A DNA stretch of 64,000 nt, from positions 4,928,001-4,992,000 of the forward strand of contig OZ244744.1 in NCBI GenBank assembly GCA_965219455.1. Reading direction: 5' to 3'. Below, one piece after another: positions 1-9,523 of this stretch. The notes beneath the pieces were generated by a model. The model was given only the letters and a program-made list of their open reading frames with translations. It was not told where the DNA came from and ran no database searches. Source of the DNA: Candidatus Latescibacterota bacterium. GTDB taxonomy: Bacteria > Latescibacterota > UBA2968 > GCA-2709665. Both the position numbers and the translations under genes were made by a program. Every line of letters starts with the position of its first letter. Positions within the stretch are counted from its first letter, which is position 1.

Positions 1-836
1 TAATCGCAGGTCGCGGCCGCCAGCAGAACCAGGTCCGCATCCGGCAGGAGCCGGGGGCCGCCGCTCGCGGCGCCGACAACGCCCATAAACGTCTCAATGG
101 GCTTCGAGATGGCGCCCCGGTCCCAGATCGGCACCATCACCGGGACGGCCAGGGCGCGGGTGAACTCAACCAGCGCCGCGTTGCCGTCCGCATAATGCGT
201 GCCGCTGCCGGCCACCAGGATGGGGCGGTCGGACCCTGCAAGCAAGTCGGCGATCCGGTCGATTTCTCCTGGATGCCCCGATGCCATGGTGGGGGTGGGA
301 TGGCTGGCGTCGTGAACGCGCAGGATGGCGTCGGCGTGAACTTCGGCGCTCAGGACGTTCTGCGGAACGGTCAGGTGTACGGGTCCGGGCCTGCCGGAAA
401 TGGCGGCATCGAAGGCCTCGTGCAGAATCTGCGGGATACGCTCCGGATGGTGGATGGTTTCCGCGTATTTGCACAAGGGCGCCGCGATGGCAACCTGGTT
501 CAGATCCTGAAAGTGCCCGAGACCGGCGGTGCCGGCGGGTCCGCTTCCGGTGATCAGCAGCATCGGGGCGCCGTCGAAATGGGCGTTGCAGACACCGGTG
601 AGCGCGTTGACGTGCGCCACGCCGCTGCTGACGGCGCAGACGCCCACGGTGCGACTGAGGCGTCCGACGGCTTCGGCGATATATCCTGCGGCCTGTTCGT
701 TGCGCACGTCGACAAGCCGCATTCCCGCCCGGTCGCAGGCGTCGTCCAGGTCGTCCAGCCCGTGGCCGCAGAGGGTTGCGATAAAGGCGACGCCTTTTTT
801 TTGAAGTTCCGCCACCAGCAGATCCGCACCGTTCAT
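1..836 (-). CDS. Thiamine pyrophosphate-binding protein (acetolactate synthase-like), runs off the window edge
   Basis: Not in the ORF track because it has no stop in the window. Manual translation from ATG 836: MNGADLLVAELQKKGVAFIATLCGHG...VDVRNEQAAGYIAEAVGRL...NAHFDGAPMLLITG...FQDLNQ, typical of the TPP-enzyme N-terminal domain. Confidence 0.85.
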   Translation of the reverse strand, partial: MNGADLLVAELQKKGVAFIATLCGHGLDDLDDACDRAGMRLVDVRNEQAAGYIAEAVGRLSRTVGVCAVSSGVAHVNALTGVCNAHFDGAPMLLITGSGPAGTAGLGHFQDLNQVAIAAPLCKYAETIHHPERIPQILHEAFDAAISGRPGPVHLTVPQNVLSAEVHADAILRVHDASHPTPTMASGHPGEIDRIADLLAGSDRPILVAGSGTHYADGNAALVEFTRALAVPVMVPIWDRGAISKPIETFMGVVGAASGGPRLLPDADLVLLAAATCD

Positions 837-954
837 GTACGTTCCTCCCGTCAAACTTTGTAGGGGTGTCCGGTAAAGAGCGAACCGGGCCTTATTGCCG
901 AAGGAAGAGGCGCCGGCAGCCGTTCGGCGGCCCTCTGTTGCGCCCGTTAACCCG

Positions 955-1692
955 TCAAGCCCGATACAGGTTCATCGCATCGATGGCGTCTGCGATGCGG
1001 GACGGTACCAGGTGAGCGATTGCCGCGCCTTTATTCTTAAGCGCCCGGACTTCCGTGGAGGATATCTGCGATTGGACGCCGCCCAGCCGGATGAAGTGGA
1101 TTCTGGCGGAAAATGCCGCATATGCAGGGCTGCTCATCAGCGTTCGCATGGCTTCCGGGTCGATATTGTCGCGGTTCGCGGCGACGATGTGGGCGACGTC
1201 GAAGAGTACGGACAGTTCATCCGGAAGGCTGGTATAGTACCGGGGGTCGAACAGCCGCAACAGGGTGTCGTATCCGACCACGAAGAACAGTCCGGTCGAT
1301 TCCGGGTAGAGCGGGCGAAGGGCGCGGGCTTTGTCGACGAATCTGGCGTGGCTGCAACCGGCAACGGAGATGTTTCGATAGGGTCTTGCGTAATGGTCCA
1401 GCATGGCAAGGCGCTGCGCCAGAGATGCCCCATAGATGGTCTTGTCGACATTCGCGTGAGATAGCAATAACAGGGCTTCGCCGGCCCGACACGTTTCCAA
1501 CGCTCGTTTCAGCATGGTTTCGTGAGCAACGGTCATCGGATTAAAGGAGGCATCCATCACGACCAGGTTGCCGCCGGGCTTGTTGAGTCCTTTCACCGCC
1601 CTTTGGAAAAAGCCCGCCCGCGGTGGACCGCAGGGTTCCAGCGCGTCCATGAAGCTGTGCAGTTCCTGGAGTTTTCGCGGGGTGATCTGCAT
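955..1692 (-). CDS. Nicotinate/nicotinamide-nucleotide adenylyltransferase-like cytidylyltransferase-family protein
   Basis: ASFNPMTVAH (HxGH-like), VGYDTLLRLFDPRYY and ISSTEVR motifs. Confidence 0.8.
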   Translation of the reverse strand: MQITPRKLQELHSFMDALEPCGPPRAGFFQRAVKGLNKPGGNLVVMDASFNPMTVAHETMLKRALETCRAGEALLLLSHANVDKTIYGASLAQRLAMLDHYARPYRNISVAGCSHARFVDKARALRPLYPESTGLFFVVGYDTLLRLFDPRYYTSLPDELSVLFDVAHIVAANRDNIDPEAMRTLMSSPAYAAFSARIHFIRLGGVQSQISSTEVRALKNKGAAIAHLVPSRIADAIDAMNLYRA

Positions 1693-1787
1693 TTGGCAAC
1701 GCGGGAAGAGGGGTTCACGCCTGTTGATTGGATATGGTAGGTTGGGGTCCGGGGTAAGTCAATCGAAATATCGCGGGGATTTTCCGC

Positions 1788-1815
1788 TTGACATCTGTTG
1801 TCTCCGCCTTACCAT
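1788..1815 (+). promoter_or_regulatory. Putative sigma70 promoter of the DapA-family gene cluster
   Basis: TTGACA-N16-TACCAT about 55 bp upstream of ATG 1869. Confidence 0.45.
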
Positions 1816-1868
1816 TGGATGGGGGGTTGGGTTGGGTTGAACGTTAATCGCGAACGAAAGGGAGATGA

Positions 1869-2774
1869 ATGGCGGTGCCGCCGTTTCGGGGGGTATTTGT
1901 CATCCTTGCAACGCCGTTTTCGGACGATGGTTCGCTGGACGAAGACGGGTTGAAGGCCGAGGTGGAGTTTTCAATCGCGGCGGGAGCGCACGGTTTGGTC
2001 TCCCCGGTGAATGCGAGTGAATTCAGCGCGTTGTCCGACCCGGAACGGCTGCGGGTGATCGAGGTCGTGGGCCAGACGGTGCGGGATCGGCTGCCGTTCG
2101 TCGCCGGTGTGTCCGGAGTGAGCGCCCATGTGGCTGTGTGGATCGCGGGACGTGCCGAGGAAGCGGGGGCCAACGCCGTGATTGCAATGCCGCCGTATAT
2201 ATCCAAACCCCCGGCGGATGGCGTGAGGGCGTATTACGAGGCGCTTTCCAGGGCGACGGAACTGCCGATTTTCATCCAGAACTATCCGCTGCCAATCGGG
2301 GTGCCGATGTCACCCGCGTTGTTGAGTCGGCTTGCTCGCCAGATTGAACGCGTGCTTTACATCAAGGAGGAAGTCCCCCCGGTCACACATTCCATTTCGG
2401 CGGATATTGCTGCTTGCGGGGATTCGGTGGAGGGCGTGTTCGGGGGTGCGGCCGGTCGGTTCATGATGGACGAGATGCGGCGGGGCGCCGCCGGGACGAT
2501 GCCGGCCTGCGACGCAACCGACGTCCATGCCGCGGTTTGGAATGCCTATCAGGCGGGTGATGTGTCCGGCGCCCGTGAGGTATTCAACCGTCTGTTGCCA
2601 CTGTTGAATTTCGAGATGCTGCACAGTGTGCGCGCATACAAGGAAGTGCTGCGTCGCCGTGGGGTGATCCGCTCGGCTTACGTGCGGGCGCCGATGACCG
2701 GACCGCTGGATGCGCAGGACCACGTCGAACTGGATGCGATACTTTCCGATATCCGGGACCTGTGGACGGTTTAG
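1869..2774 (+). CDS. Dihydrodipicolinate synthase (DapA/NanA) family aldolase
   Basis: ATPF..DG.LD, SEF..LS..ER, MPPY, Schiff-base YIKEE. Confidence 0.85.
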   Translation: MAVPPFRGVFVILATPFSDDGSLDEDGLKAEVEFSIAAGAHGLVSPVNASEFSALSDPERLRVIEVVGQTVRDRLPFVAGVSGVSAHVAVWIAGRAEEAGANAVIAMPPYISKPPADGVRAYYEALSRATELPIFIQNYPLPIGVPMSPALLSRLARQIERVLYIKEEVPPVTHSISADIAACGDSVEGVFGGAAGRFMMDEMRRGAAGTMPACDATDVHAAVWNAYQAGDVSGAREVFNRLLPLLNFEMLHSVRAYKEVLRRRGVIRSAYVRAPMTGPLDAQDHVELDAILSDIRDLWTV

Positions 2775-2982
2775 TACAGCGTCCCGCATCGGACGGAACC
2801 TGGGAGTCAGGTCGGTCGTTCCTGTACATCGGACACGTCCGATGGATTTTCTACGTGCGCCAGCTTCGCAATGGCTCGGCTGAGGCGCCAGGGTAGGGCC
2901 GCGAAAGCGCTCCCATGGGTTTAGAGGCGCGCTTGGCGCGCCGCAGCCGGTCGGCTAACTCACGTTTTTCACGGAGGGTGTT

Positions 2983-3846
2983 ATGCACGTTGGGATGCGG
3001 ATTCCACCGATGGGAAGGGAATTGGGTCTCGAGGGTGTGGTGGCCTGGGCCGGCGAATGCGGTTTCGGATCTGTGGATGTACCGGAAGTCGACGCGAGGA
3101 TTCGGAGGATTTTCGATAAAGCGGAATTGGCGATCGGTTCCGTCGATTGGGGTGTGGGAGGCGCTCTGTTGAGCAAAGACGCTCAGGTACGACGCGGGGC
3201 GGTTTCGGCGGTGAAGCGGCGCATTCGCGCAACGGGCACCCACGGTTCCGGCGTGGTGTTTCTGTGCCTGGCGCCGGACGACCGCATGCAATCCCGATCC
3301 GAGAGTTTCGAGATTTTTAAAGAGGTCTATCCCGGCGTGGTGGATTACGCGGAACAGCAGGATGTGTTTCTTGCCATCGAACCCTACCCCGGTGGAGCCC
3401 CCACCTATGGCAATCTGGGATGTACACCCGAGACGCTTCGGGCCATATTTGAGGTTGTGCCCTCGCCTCATCTGGGGATCTGCTATGATCCGTCACATTT
3501 CATCCGGATCGGTGTGGATTATCAGCGCCTGTTGATGGAATTCGGCAACCGCGTTCGGCACGTGCATGCCAAGGATACGGAACTGCTGGCCGACGGCCTG
3601 TACCTTTACGGAAGCCTCGGCCAGAGTTTCGGCAGGAGATATGGACACGGGGAAGGCTGGTGGCGGTACTGTATTCCAGGATGGGGCGACGCCGACTGGG
3701 TGTGGATTGTGGCGCGGCTCGAAGAATTCGGCTACGATGGCCCCCTGGCAATTGAACTTGAAGACGATCGTTATATGGGCAACACCGCGTTGAATCAGGA
3801 TGGGCTGCTGGCGGCGAAGGCGTATCTGGAGGGTATTATCCGGTAG
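2983..3846 (+). CDS. Sugar phosphate isomerase/epimerase (xylose-isomerase-like TIM barrel)
   Basis: LAIEP, YDPSH, HVHAKD, PGWGD.DW, GYDGPLAIELED. Confidence 0.85.
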   Translation: MHVGMRIPPMGRELGLEGVVAWAGECGFGSVDVPEVDARIRRIFDKAELAIGSVDWGVGGALLSKDAQVRRGAVSAVKRRIRATGTHGSGVVFLCLAPDDRMQSRSESFEIFKEVYPGVVDYAEQQDVFLAIEPYPGGAPTYGNLGCTPETLRAIFEVVPSPHLGICYDPSHFIRIGVDYQRLLMEFGNRVRHVHAKDTELLADGLYLYGSLGQSFGRRYGHGEGWWRYCIPGWGDADWVWIVARLEEFGYDGPLAIELEDDRYMGNTALNQDGLLAAKAYLEGIIR

Positions 3847-3891
3847 GGGCTCCAGATTCGCGGCACACGATCCGGTTCCGGAGGATCGCGA

Positions 3892-4293
3892 ATGAGAACG
3901 TTTGTGGGAATTTCGTTTGTACTGGCGCTGCTTTCGGTGGCGTGCGGAGAAGACAATCCGCTGAACTACGATACGCTGGCAGGCACCTATACGCTGAGAG
4001 AGATTCGAGTGACCAATGCATCGGGCCTCGTTACACTAGGTCCACCCGATGCAACCGGAACGCTTGTTCTGACCACCACGGGCGCCTTCACGCTGAGCGT
4101 CAGTGTACCTACGCTCGGGCTCAACGATACGTACTCGGCTGGAGTGTACGCTGTGGAAGGAACAAGCCTCGTGTTCGAAGACCAGGAATCATTGGGCGTT
4201 ACCGGCGCCGATGCATCGGTGAGCGGGAACGAGCTGACATTGACGTCTGCAATCGGCAACCAGGCCGTCACGATGATCTTCGGGAAGGTCTGA
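3892..4293 (+). CDS. Lipoprotein, lipocalin-like beta-rich fold
   Basis: Signal peptide with lipobox LSVA-C; LAGTYTL; beta-strand pattern. Confidence 0.65.
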   Translation: MRTFVGISFVLALLSVACGEDNPLNYDTLAGTYTLREIRVTNASGLVTLGPPDATGTLVLTTTGAFTLSVSVPTLGLNDTYSAGVYAVEGTSLVFEDQESLGVTGADASVSGNELTLTSAIGNQAVTMIFGKV

Positions 4294-4342
4294 CCGGTTT
4301 CGCCAACGGATTGAACCAGGGTCAGAGAAAGCAGGCGTTCCC

Positions 4343-4372
4343 GGCCCTCAACCCGAAGGCGGGCTGAGGGCC
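4343..4372 (+). terminator. GC-rich hairpin after the lipoprotein gene
   Basis: GGCCCTCAACCCG-AAGG-CGGGCTGAGGGCC; no clear U-tract. Confidence 0.35.
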
Positions 4373-4483
4373 GTCGCTAAAGGGCACCTCCAACGTGAGA
4401 ATTTTGTAAGACGCGACGGCTGATTATGCTGCCGGAGAATAAGCGGTTGCGACGGGATTCGATTCGCTGTCGAGGGAGGGAAA

Positions 4484-5656
4484 TTGATGTTAAAAGTGGC
4501 AGATGCCGTGGTGATCGGCGGCGGGATTATGGGAGCCGGCATAGCCCATTTTCTGGCAAAGAAGGGGCTTGGCGCCGTCGTGCTTCTGGAAAAGCGGACG
4601 CTGGCCGCCGTGAGCACGGGGCATTCGGCTGCGGTGATCCGCACCTTTTACTCGAATGACCTGACCATCCAATTGTCCATGAAGGCGTTGGAGATGTTTG
4701 CGAATGGGGAGGAGGCGCTGGGGGGAGACGGTGACTTTCGCAATACAGGTTATATCTGTCTTCTGGGTGAGCAAACTGTCGCCGCGGGCCGGGCGGTGCT
4801 TGCGGCGGAGCAGCGGAACCACACTCGAGCCGTTGAGGTGGGTACGGATGAGATCAGGGAACTCGTCCCCGGTGTGAATACCGAAGGGATCGTCGCGGGC
4901 ATCTATGAACCCGCGTCGGGTTACGCGGACCCCGTCAAGACGGTCCGGAACCTGGTAACGCGGGCGAAAGACTGGGGACTGGTGTGTTACGAGGGCGTGG
5001 GAGCAACGAAGATTCGCCTCTCCGGCAACCGTGTGACCGGGGTGGAGACCGACGCGGGCGAAGTCCATACGGATATGGTGATCAACGCCGCAGGTCCCTG
5101 GGGCCGCGAGATGGGATTGTCCACGGGGTTGAATTATTCGGTGCGATGGAGCCGGGAGAGCGATCTGGTATTGCGATTGCCGGAGGGATTCGGGCGGTTT
5201 CCCGTGGTTTCCGATCCCAACCTGCGGGTCTATTTTCGTCCGGACGGCGACGACGGACTGCTGGCGGGCCTGAGTTTTCCCAAAGAGGTGGAGCCGATGG
5301 ACGTCGACGCGTACGATCCCGTCCTCGATGAACCTACTCGCCGGCGCATCGAGACGGGGACCTTTGAACGGGTGCCGGCGTTCAGGCAGGGCGAATTCGT
5401 AAAGGGCTGGGCGTCGGTCTATACGATTACGGACGACTGGCATCCCCTGGTCGGATCCGAGCCGGGGCTGGAGGGTTACCATGCGTTTTTCGGCGGGAGT
5501 GGGCACGGGTTCAAGCTGGGACCGCCCATTGCCGATTCGCTGAGCGACGTGATCCTCGGCCGGACGCCGGCGTTTGATCTGCATCCGTTCCGCCCCAGCC
5601 GGTTTCTGGAGGGGGAACAGTTCTCGTCCGCATGGGGGGGAGGGAATAGGGGGTGA
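4484..5656 (+). CDS. FAD-dependent oxidoreductase (DAO/sarcosine oxidase beta family)
   Basis: VIGGGIMG dinucleotide-binding motif, NAAGPW, GGSGHGFKLGP. Confidence 0.9.
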   Translation: MMLKVADAVVIGGGIMGAGIAHFLAKKGLGAVVLLEKRTLAAVSTGHSAAVIRTFYSNDLTIQLSMKALEMFANGEEALGGDGDFRNTGYICLLGEQTVAAGRAVLAAEQRNHTRAVEVGTDEIRELVPGVNTEGIVAGIYEPASGYADPVKTVRNLVTRAKDWGLVCYEGVGATKIRLSGNRVTGVETDAGEVHTDMVINAAGPWGREMGLSTGLNYSVRWSRESDLVLRLPEGFGRFPVVSDPNLRVYFRPDGDDGLLAGLSFPKEVEPMDVDAYDPVLDEPTRRRIETGTFERVPAFRQGEFVKGWASVYTITDDWHPLVGSEPGLEGYHAFFGGSGHGFKLGPPIADSLSDVILGRTPAFDLHPFRPSRFLEGEQFSSAWGGGNRG

Positions 5657-5750
5657 GGTCATATTCGAGGTGACCGAAGCGATCGAAGGCGGCGCCCCAG
5701 GGGTGATTCGCCTTCATCTCGTTAGAGAAGAGGCCAACCAGGTGTTTTGA
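5653..5750 (+). pseudogene. HicB-like antitoxin remnant with internal deletion
   Basis: IFEVTEAIEGG joined to VIRLHLVREE; deletion across the 9-bp repeat cgaaggcgg relative to the copy at 13735. Confidence 0.75.
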
Positions 5751-5756
5751 TCACCC

Positions 5757-5784
5757 GTAGGGGCGACCGGCCGGTCGCCCCTAC
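5757..5784. repeat. REP palindrome GTAGGGGCGACCGGCCGGTCGCCCCTAC (copy 1 of 7)
   Basis: Perfect 28-bp palindrome starting with GTAG, 11 bp upstream of the hsdM start. Confidence 0.9.
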
Positions 5785-5795
5785 AAGGAATCCCG

Positions 5796-6210
5796 ATGAC
5801 AAGCAACGCCAACCTTAACTGGATCGCAAACTACATATGGGGAATCGCAGACGACGTGCTGCGCGATCTGTACGGGCAAGGTGCAGTTGATCGACGCCAC
5901 AGCCTGGCACCGGCCGCTACGCAAGAACCTGGGCAAGAAGAACTGCGAGCTCGGCGAAGAGGACATTCAGCGCATCTGCGACACCTTCCTCGCCTTTGAG
6001 GTGAGCGAGCAGAGCAAGATCTTCGACAATGACGCCTTTGGCTACTGGAAGGCGACTGTCGATCGGCCGCTGCGGCTCAATGGGATTGACCCCAATCGCG
6101 CCTACAAGGCCGCCGAGATCAAAAAGATGAAGGAGAGTTGCGGACGCAGCGAAACCGCGCCCGCCCGTCATCAGGAAGATCCACAGAAGAGGTACGGAGG
6201 CCGACCCCAT
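5796..6210 (+). pseudogene. hsdM: Type I RM methyltransferase remnant
   Basis: MTSNANLNWIANYIWGIADDVLRDLY joined to GKVQLIDAT...; about 1.24 kb missing versus 13988-16432, including NPPY; frameshifted and truncated. Confidence 0.92.
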
Positions 6211-6320
6211 GCTGGAAGCATTGGCTGCGCGGATACGCAAATCGACGCAGGACAGGCCAACAGATCGTCGCGACGGCTGAGCCGAAGGGAAACTAAAGCG
6301 CAAGGGCGAGCGATGCCCTG
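6202..6320 (+). repeat. About 120-bp repeat: end of a small antitoxin-like gene plus trailer; also at 7102-7221 and 16945-17063
   Basis: gacccc..gctggaagcattggctgcgcggatacgcaaatcgacgcaggacagg...gaagggaaactaaagcgcaagggcgagcgatgccctg occurs three times. Confidence 0.9.
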
Positions 6321-6339
6321 CATATCGCTGCGGCGACCG

Positions 6340-6490
6340 TGGCCGGGGTCGATGTTTTGGCAAGGCGGTATGCCAGCGCAATGACTACGAACACGTCATC
6401 CGGAATGAATCCGCGCTGGACCGGATTCGGCAATACATCGCGGATAACCCGGCCAGGTGGTCGAAAGACCCGGAGAATCCTGCCGCTAAG
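6340..6490 (+). pseudogene. REP-associated tyrosine transposase (RAYT) C-terminal fragment
   Basis: QRNDYEHVIRNESALDRIRQYIADNPARWSKDPENP, nearly the same as 17460-17580. Confidence 0.85.
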
Positions 6491-6519
6491 GGCGGCCAGG
6501 ACACACGGAGGATAAGTAG

Positions 6520-6732
6520 ATGAGACCGAGCGAGATCATCTTCGAGGTAACCGAAGCGGCTGAAGGCGGATACGACGCCAGAGCGCTCGGGCACAGCATC
6601 TTCACGCAGGGAGAAGACTGGAACGACCTCAAGGCGATGGTGCGAGACGCGGTGCTCTGTCATTTCGACGACGAGAACATGCCACGAGTGATTAGACTGC
6701 ATCTCGTCAGAGTCGAGGCCATCGCGGTATGA
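6520..6732 (+). CDS. HicB-like antitoxin (intact)
   Basis: EIIFEVTEAAEGGYDARALGHSIFTQGEDWNDLKAMVRDAV; GGAGG RBS; ATGA overlap with a hicA-like gene. Confidence 0.8.
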   Translation: MRPSEIIFEVTEAAEGGYDARALGHSIFTQGEDWNDLKAMVRDAVLCHFDDENMPRVIRLHLVRVEAIAV

Positions 6733-6934
6733 AACTGCCCCGCGACCTCGCAGGAAACGAGGTTTCCAGGCTGCTGACCCGTCACTATGGCTACCGCGTG
6801 ACGCGAACCAAAGGCAAGCACGTGACTATGAACTTGACAATCGACGGCAACCGGCACAGCGTGACCGTACCGAGGCCGTAGCGGAGTTTCTTGGTCTGTC
6901 CAAACGCGAAGTACGAGAAACTCTTTTTGGTTGA
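6729..6934 (+). pseudogene. HicA-like toxin with internal deletion/frameshift
   Basis: MKLPRDLAGNEVSRLL...YGYRVTRTKGKH...HSVTVP then stop at 6881; C-terminal AVAEFLGLS..EVRETLFG* is out of frame. Confidence 0.75.
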
Positions 6935-6938
6935 CTCC

Positions 6939-6985
6939 ATGATCCCCGGCCTGAAGCCTTATCCCGCAAAGAACGACTCTGGCGC
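6939..6985 (+). pseudogene. hsdS 5' head remnant
   Basis: MIPGLKPYPAKNDSG matches the hsdS start (LRPYQGMKDSG at 20461; PYPAYKDSG near 8315). Confidence 0.7.
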
Positions 6986-6994
6986 ATCAGGGCC

Positions 6995-7181
6995 TGCAAC
7001 GAGGTCAATTGTCATAATGGACGCCCGCGCCCGCATTACCGCCGAAACCGCCGACATGACCATTGAGGAACAGGCAGAGTGGTTCAATTCCAGGCGGTAT
7101 TCCGACCCCGCGCTGGAAGCATTGGCTGCGCGGATACGCAAATCGACGCAGGACAGGCCAACAGATCGTCGCGACGGCTGA
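6995..7181 (+). pseudogene. Deleted PIN-tail/antitoxin module, homologous to 16740-17024
   Basis: caacgaggtcaat..taatgga joined to gcccgcgcccgcattaccgccgaaacc. Confidence 0.75.
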
Positions 7182-7290
7182 GCCGAAGGGAAACTAAAGC
7201 GCAAGGGCGAGCGATGCCCTGACCCAGGTTCTTCTTTGCTGTCGGCGAAGAACAAGAGGGCCCCGTGACGGGCGCCGAACTCCGGAGGAG

Positions 7291-7620
7291 ATGGAAATGA
7301 CAACGGAAACCCTGAATCAACATATTGAGATCACTCCGGGCATTTCAGGCGGCAAACCGCGCATTGCCGGTCGTCGAATTACCGTGGAGAATATCGTCAT
7401 CTGGCACGAACGCCTGGGCAAGAGCGCCGACGAAATCGCCAGTGATTACGACATTTCCCTGGCGGATGTGTACGCGGCACTGGCTTACTATTTCGATCAT
7501 CAGAATGAGATTGACCACTCGCTTGAGGAGAGTCGAGCATTTGTAGATTCCTTACGTCAGAAGTTTTCTTCGAAGATTTCCCAAAAGATTCAAGACCCGA
7601 CCCAACATGGCAACGATTAA
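7291..7620 (+). CDS. DUF433-family antitoxin
   Basis: IEITPGISGGKPRIAGRRITV...EIASDY.ISLADVYAALAYY. Confidence 0.9.
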   Translation: MEMTTETLNQHIEITPGISGGKPRIAGRRITVENIVIWHERLGKSADEIASDYDISLADVYAALAYYFDHQNEIDHSLEESRAFVDSLRQKFSSKISQKIQDPTQHGND

Positions 7621-7936
7621 GTTTTTAACCGATGAGAATGTCTCCAGAGCAGTTGTAATGGGACTACGTCGGAGAGGCGTGGACGTACTGACTGTTGCCG
7701 AAGCCGGGGACCTTGGAGCGTCTGACGAGGTAATTCTTGGAATTGCCCGGGAAACAGAACGAGTCATCTTCACGCAGGATGATGACTTTCTCCGTCTTGC
7801 AGCAACTGTTTCTGACCACCGAGGTATTGTTTACACGTCTCAAGAAAACACGGTTGGTGAGATTATTCGTGGCTTGATGTTGGTCTATCAGGTCTTAGCA
7901 GCAGAAGAGATGGTTGGACATGTTGAATACCTGTAG
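7607..7936 (+). CDS. DUF5615 (Mut7-C/PIN-like) toxin
   Basis: FLTDENV...LRRRGVDV...GASDEVIL...RVIFTQDDDFL; overlaps the DUF433 gene. Confidence 0.9.
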   Translation: MATIKFLTDENVSRAVVMGLRRRGVDVLTVAEAGDLGASDEVILGIARETERVIFTQDDDFLRLAATVSDHRGIVYTSQENTVGEIIRGLMLVYQVLAAEEMVGHVEYL

Positions 7937-7990
7937 AATACAAGGAAGTCATGGATAATTCAGCCCCATTGGTTGCCGACGGCGCGCGGG

Positions 7991-8171
7991 CCTGCCCTCT
8001 GCCGCTGACGCCTGGTACCAGTCGGACAGCGTGAGAATCGGCTACGAGATCAGCTTCACCCGGTACTTCTACAAGCCCCAGCCGATGCGGACTCTGAAGG
8101 AGGTCCGAGCTGTCATTCTTGCGCTGGAGAAAGAAAAAGAAGGGTTGTTGGCGGAGATTATCGTGCTATGA
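7991..8171 (+). pseudogene. hsdM 3' tail A
   Basis: DAWYQSDSVRIGYEISFTRYFYKPQPMRTLKEVRAVILALEKEKEGLLAEII*, homologous to 15775-15943. Confidence 0.9.
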
Positions 8172-9050
8172 CATCAGACGTACTCGACCACGCCGATCGG
8201 CGCATCCGGCGCTACATCCGCGCCAGGCAGAAGCTGATTGCGCTGTTGGAGGAGCAGAAGCAGGCCATCATCCACCAGGCCGTCACGGGACAGATCGACG
8301 TCCGAACAGGCCGGCCCTACCCGGCCTACAAGGACTCCGGTGTGGAGTGGCTGGGGGAAGTACCGGAGCATTGGCAGATCGCCGCTTTGCACCACAGATA
8401 TTCGCAGTGTCTTGGTAAAATGCTCGACTCCAAACGAATCACCGGCAACTACTCGCTTCCGTATCTGCGAAATGTTGACGTTCAGTGGGATCAGATCAAC
8501 ACTAAAGACCTTCCAACTATGGACATTGCGCCCGACGAGTATGAGCGCTACACCGTTCAACATGGTGACTTGCTGGTATGCGAAGGAGGAGAGATAGGAC
8601 GCTGCGCGCTTTGGTCAGGAGGACTACCCAGATGCGGATTTCAAAAAGCGCTGCACCGTCTCCGGCCACGGAATGCCCGTCAGGATATGCCACGCTTTAT
8701 GTACTATGCCCTTCGTGCCGCCGCGAAAGCCGACGCTTTTAATGATGGACATCTGAGTACTATCGCTCATTTGACTGGTGAAAAGCTGAGAGTACACCAC
8801 TTTCCATCCCGCCAGTAGCGGAGCAAGAGTTGTTAGTGCGTTTTCTTGATGGCGTTGTTGAGTAGATTGACCATACGGTTTCTCGCGTTCACCGCCAAAT
8901 CGACCTCCTCAACGAATGGCGCACCCGCCTGATCGCGGATGTCGTCACCGGCAAGCTAGATGTGCGCGAGGCGGCGGATGAACTGCCTGAGGACGACGTC
9001 CAGGACGATGCCGACGAATCGGAAGCAGAGTACACAAGCGAGCATCCAAC
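8168..9050 (+). pseudogene. hsdS: Half hsdS: central conserved region, one TRD, C-terminal conserved region
   Basis: LDHADRRIRRYIRARQKLIALLEEQKQAIIHQAVTG...KDSGVEWLG; frameshift near 8808, in-frame TAG near 8863, then RTRLIADVVTGKLDVRE. Confidence 0.9.
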
Positions 9051-9053
9051 GAT

Positions 9054-9081
9054 GTAGGGGCGACCCGCCGGTCGCCCCTAC
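9054..9081. repeat. REP palindrome (one mismatch)
   Basis: GTAGGGGCGACCCGCCGGTCGCCCCTAC immediately after the hsdS remnant. Confidence 0.9.
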
Positions 9082-9160
9082 CGGACCTCCCTCGCCGCCG
9101 CAGGTGTTGCCCATCATAGATGCCTATATTGTGCCACACAAAAACTGTGAAGCTGTGACT

Positions 9161-9523
9161 ATGAGAAATATTACCGTATCCGTCGACGAGCAGACACACC
9201 GGCTCGCACGTATCCGTGCGGCGGAGATGGACACATCGGTATCGGCCCTGGTGCGCGACTACCTGAGAGATCTGGCAGCCGAGCCGAATGCGGGGGGCGA
9301 AGCCAGCGCCGAGTCTAGCGAAACCATCTATCAGCGTCGGTGCAGGCTGCTGCGGGAAGTGCTCGCAGACTTCGATAGGCAGGGTATTGGGCTGCGGATG
9401 TCCGATAACCTGCCCAGGGAGGCGTTGTACGACCGCGTCGCTGCAAGGGCCGAGGCTGTCGCCGAGCGCGAGCGGCAGCGCAACATCTCTGAAGCACTCA
9501 GAGTCTCGCCATGCGATTCGTAG
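9161..9523 (+). CDS. RHH-type antitoxin (VapB-like), copy 1
   Basis: MRNITVSVDEQTHRLARIRAAEMDTSVSALVRDYL...REALYDR; overlaps the PIN gene. Confidence 0.85.
   Translation: MRNITVSVDEQTHRLARIRAAEMDTSVSALVRDYLRDLAAEPNAGGEASAESSETIYQRRCRLLREVLADFDRQGIGLRMSDNLPREALYDRVAARAEAVAERERQRNISEALRVSPCDS

Larger units (their letters stand above)
5491..5874 (+). repeat. Left anchor of RM locus copy 1: oxidoreductase 3' end, hicB remnant, REP, hsdM start; repeated at 13573-14066
   Basis: Diverged direct repeat (cggcgggag...ttcaagctgggaccgcc...gggggtgagg...aaggaatcccgatgacaagcaacgcc) with mostly third-position differences. Confidence 0.95.

Noticed and set aside
795-802. T8 run in the TPP-enzyme gene as a phase-variation tract
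   Set aside because: In frame (QKK); the gene reads intact.
195-863. 222-aa plus-strand ORF and similar long antisense ORFs (4490-5662, 14168-15127, 53328-55490, 60696-61925)
   Set aside because: Shadows of well-supported opposite-strand genes in GC-rich DNA.
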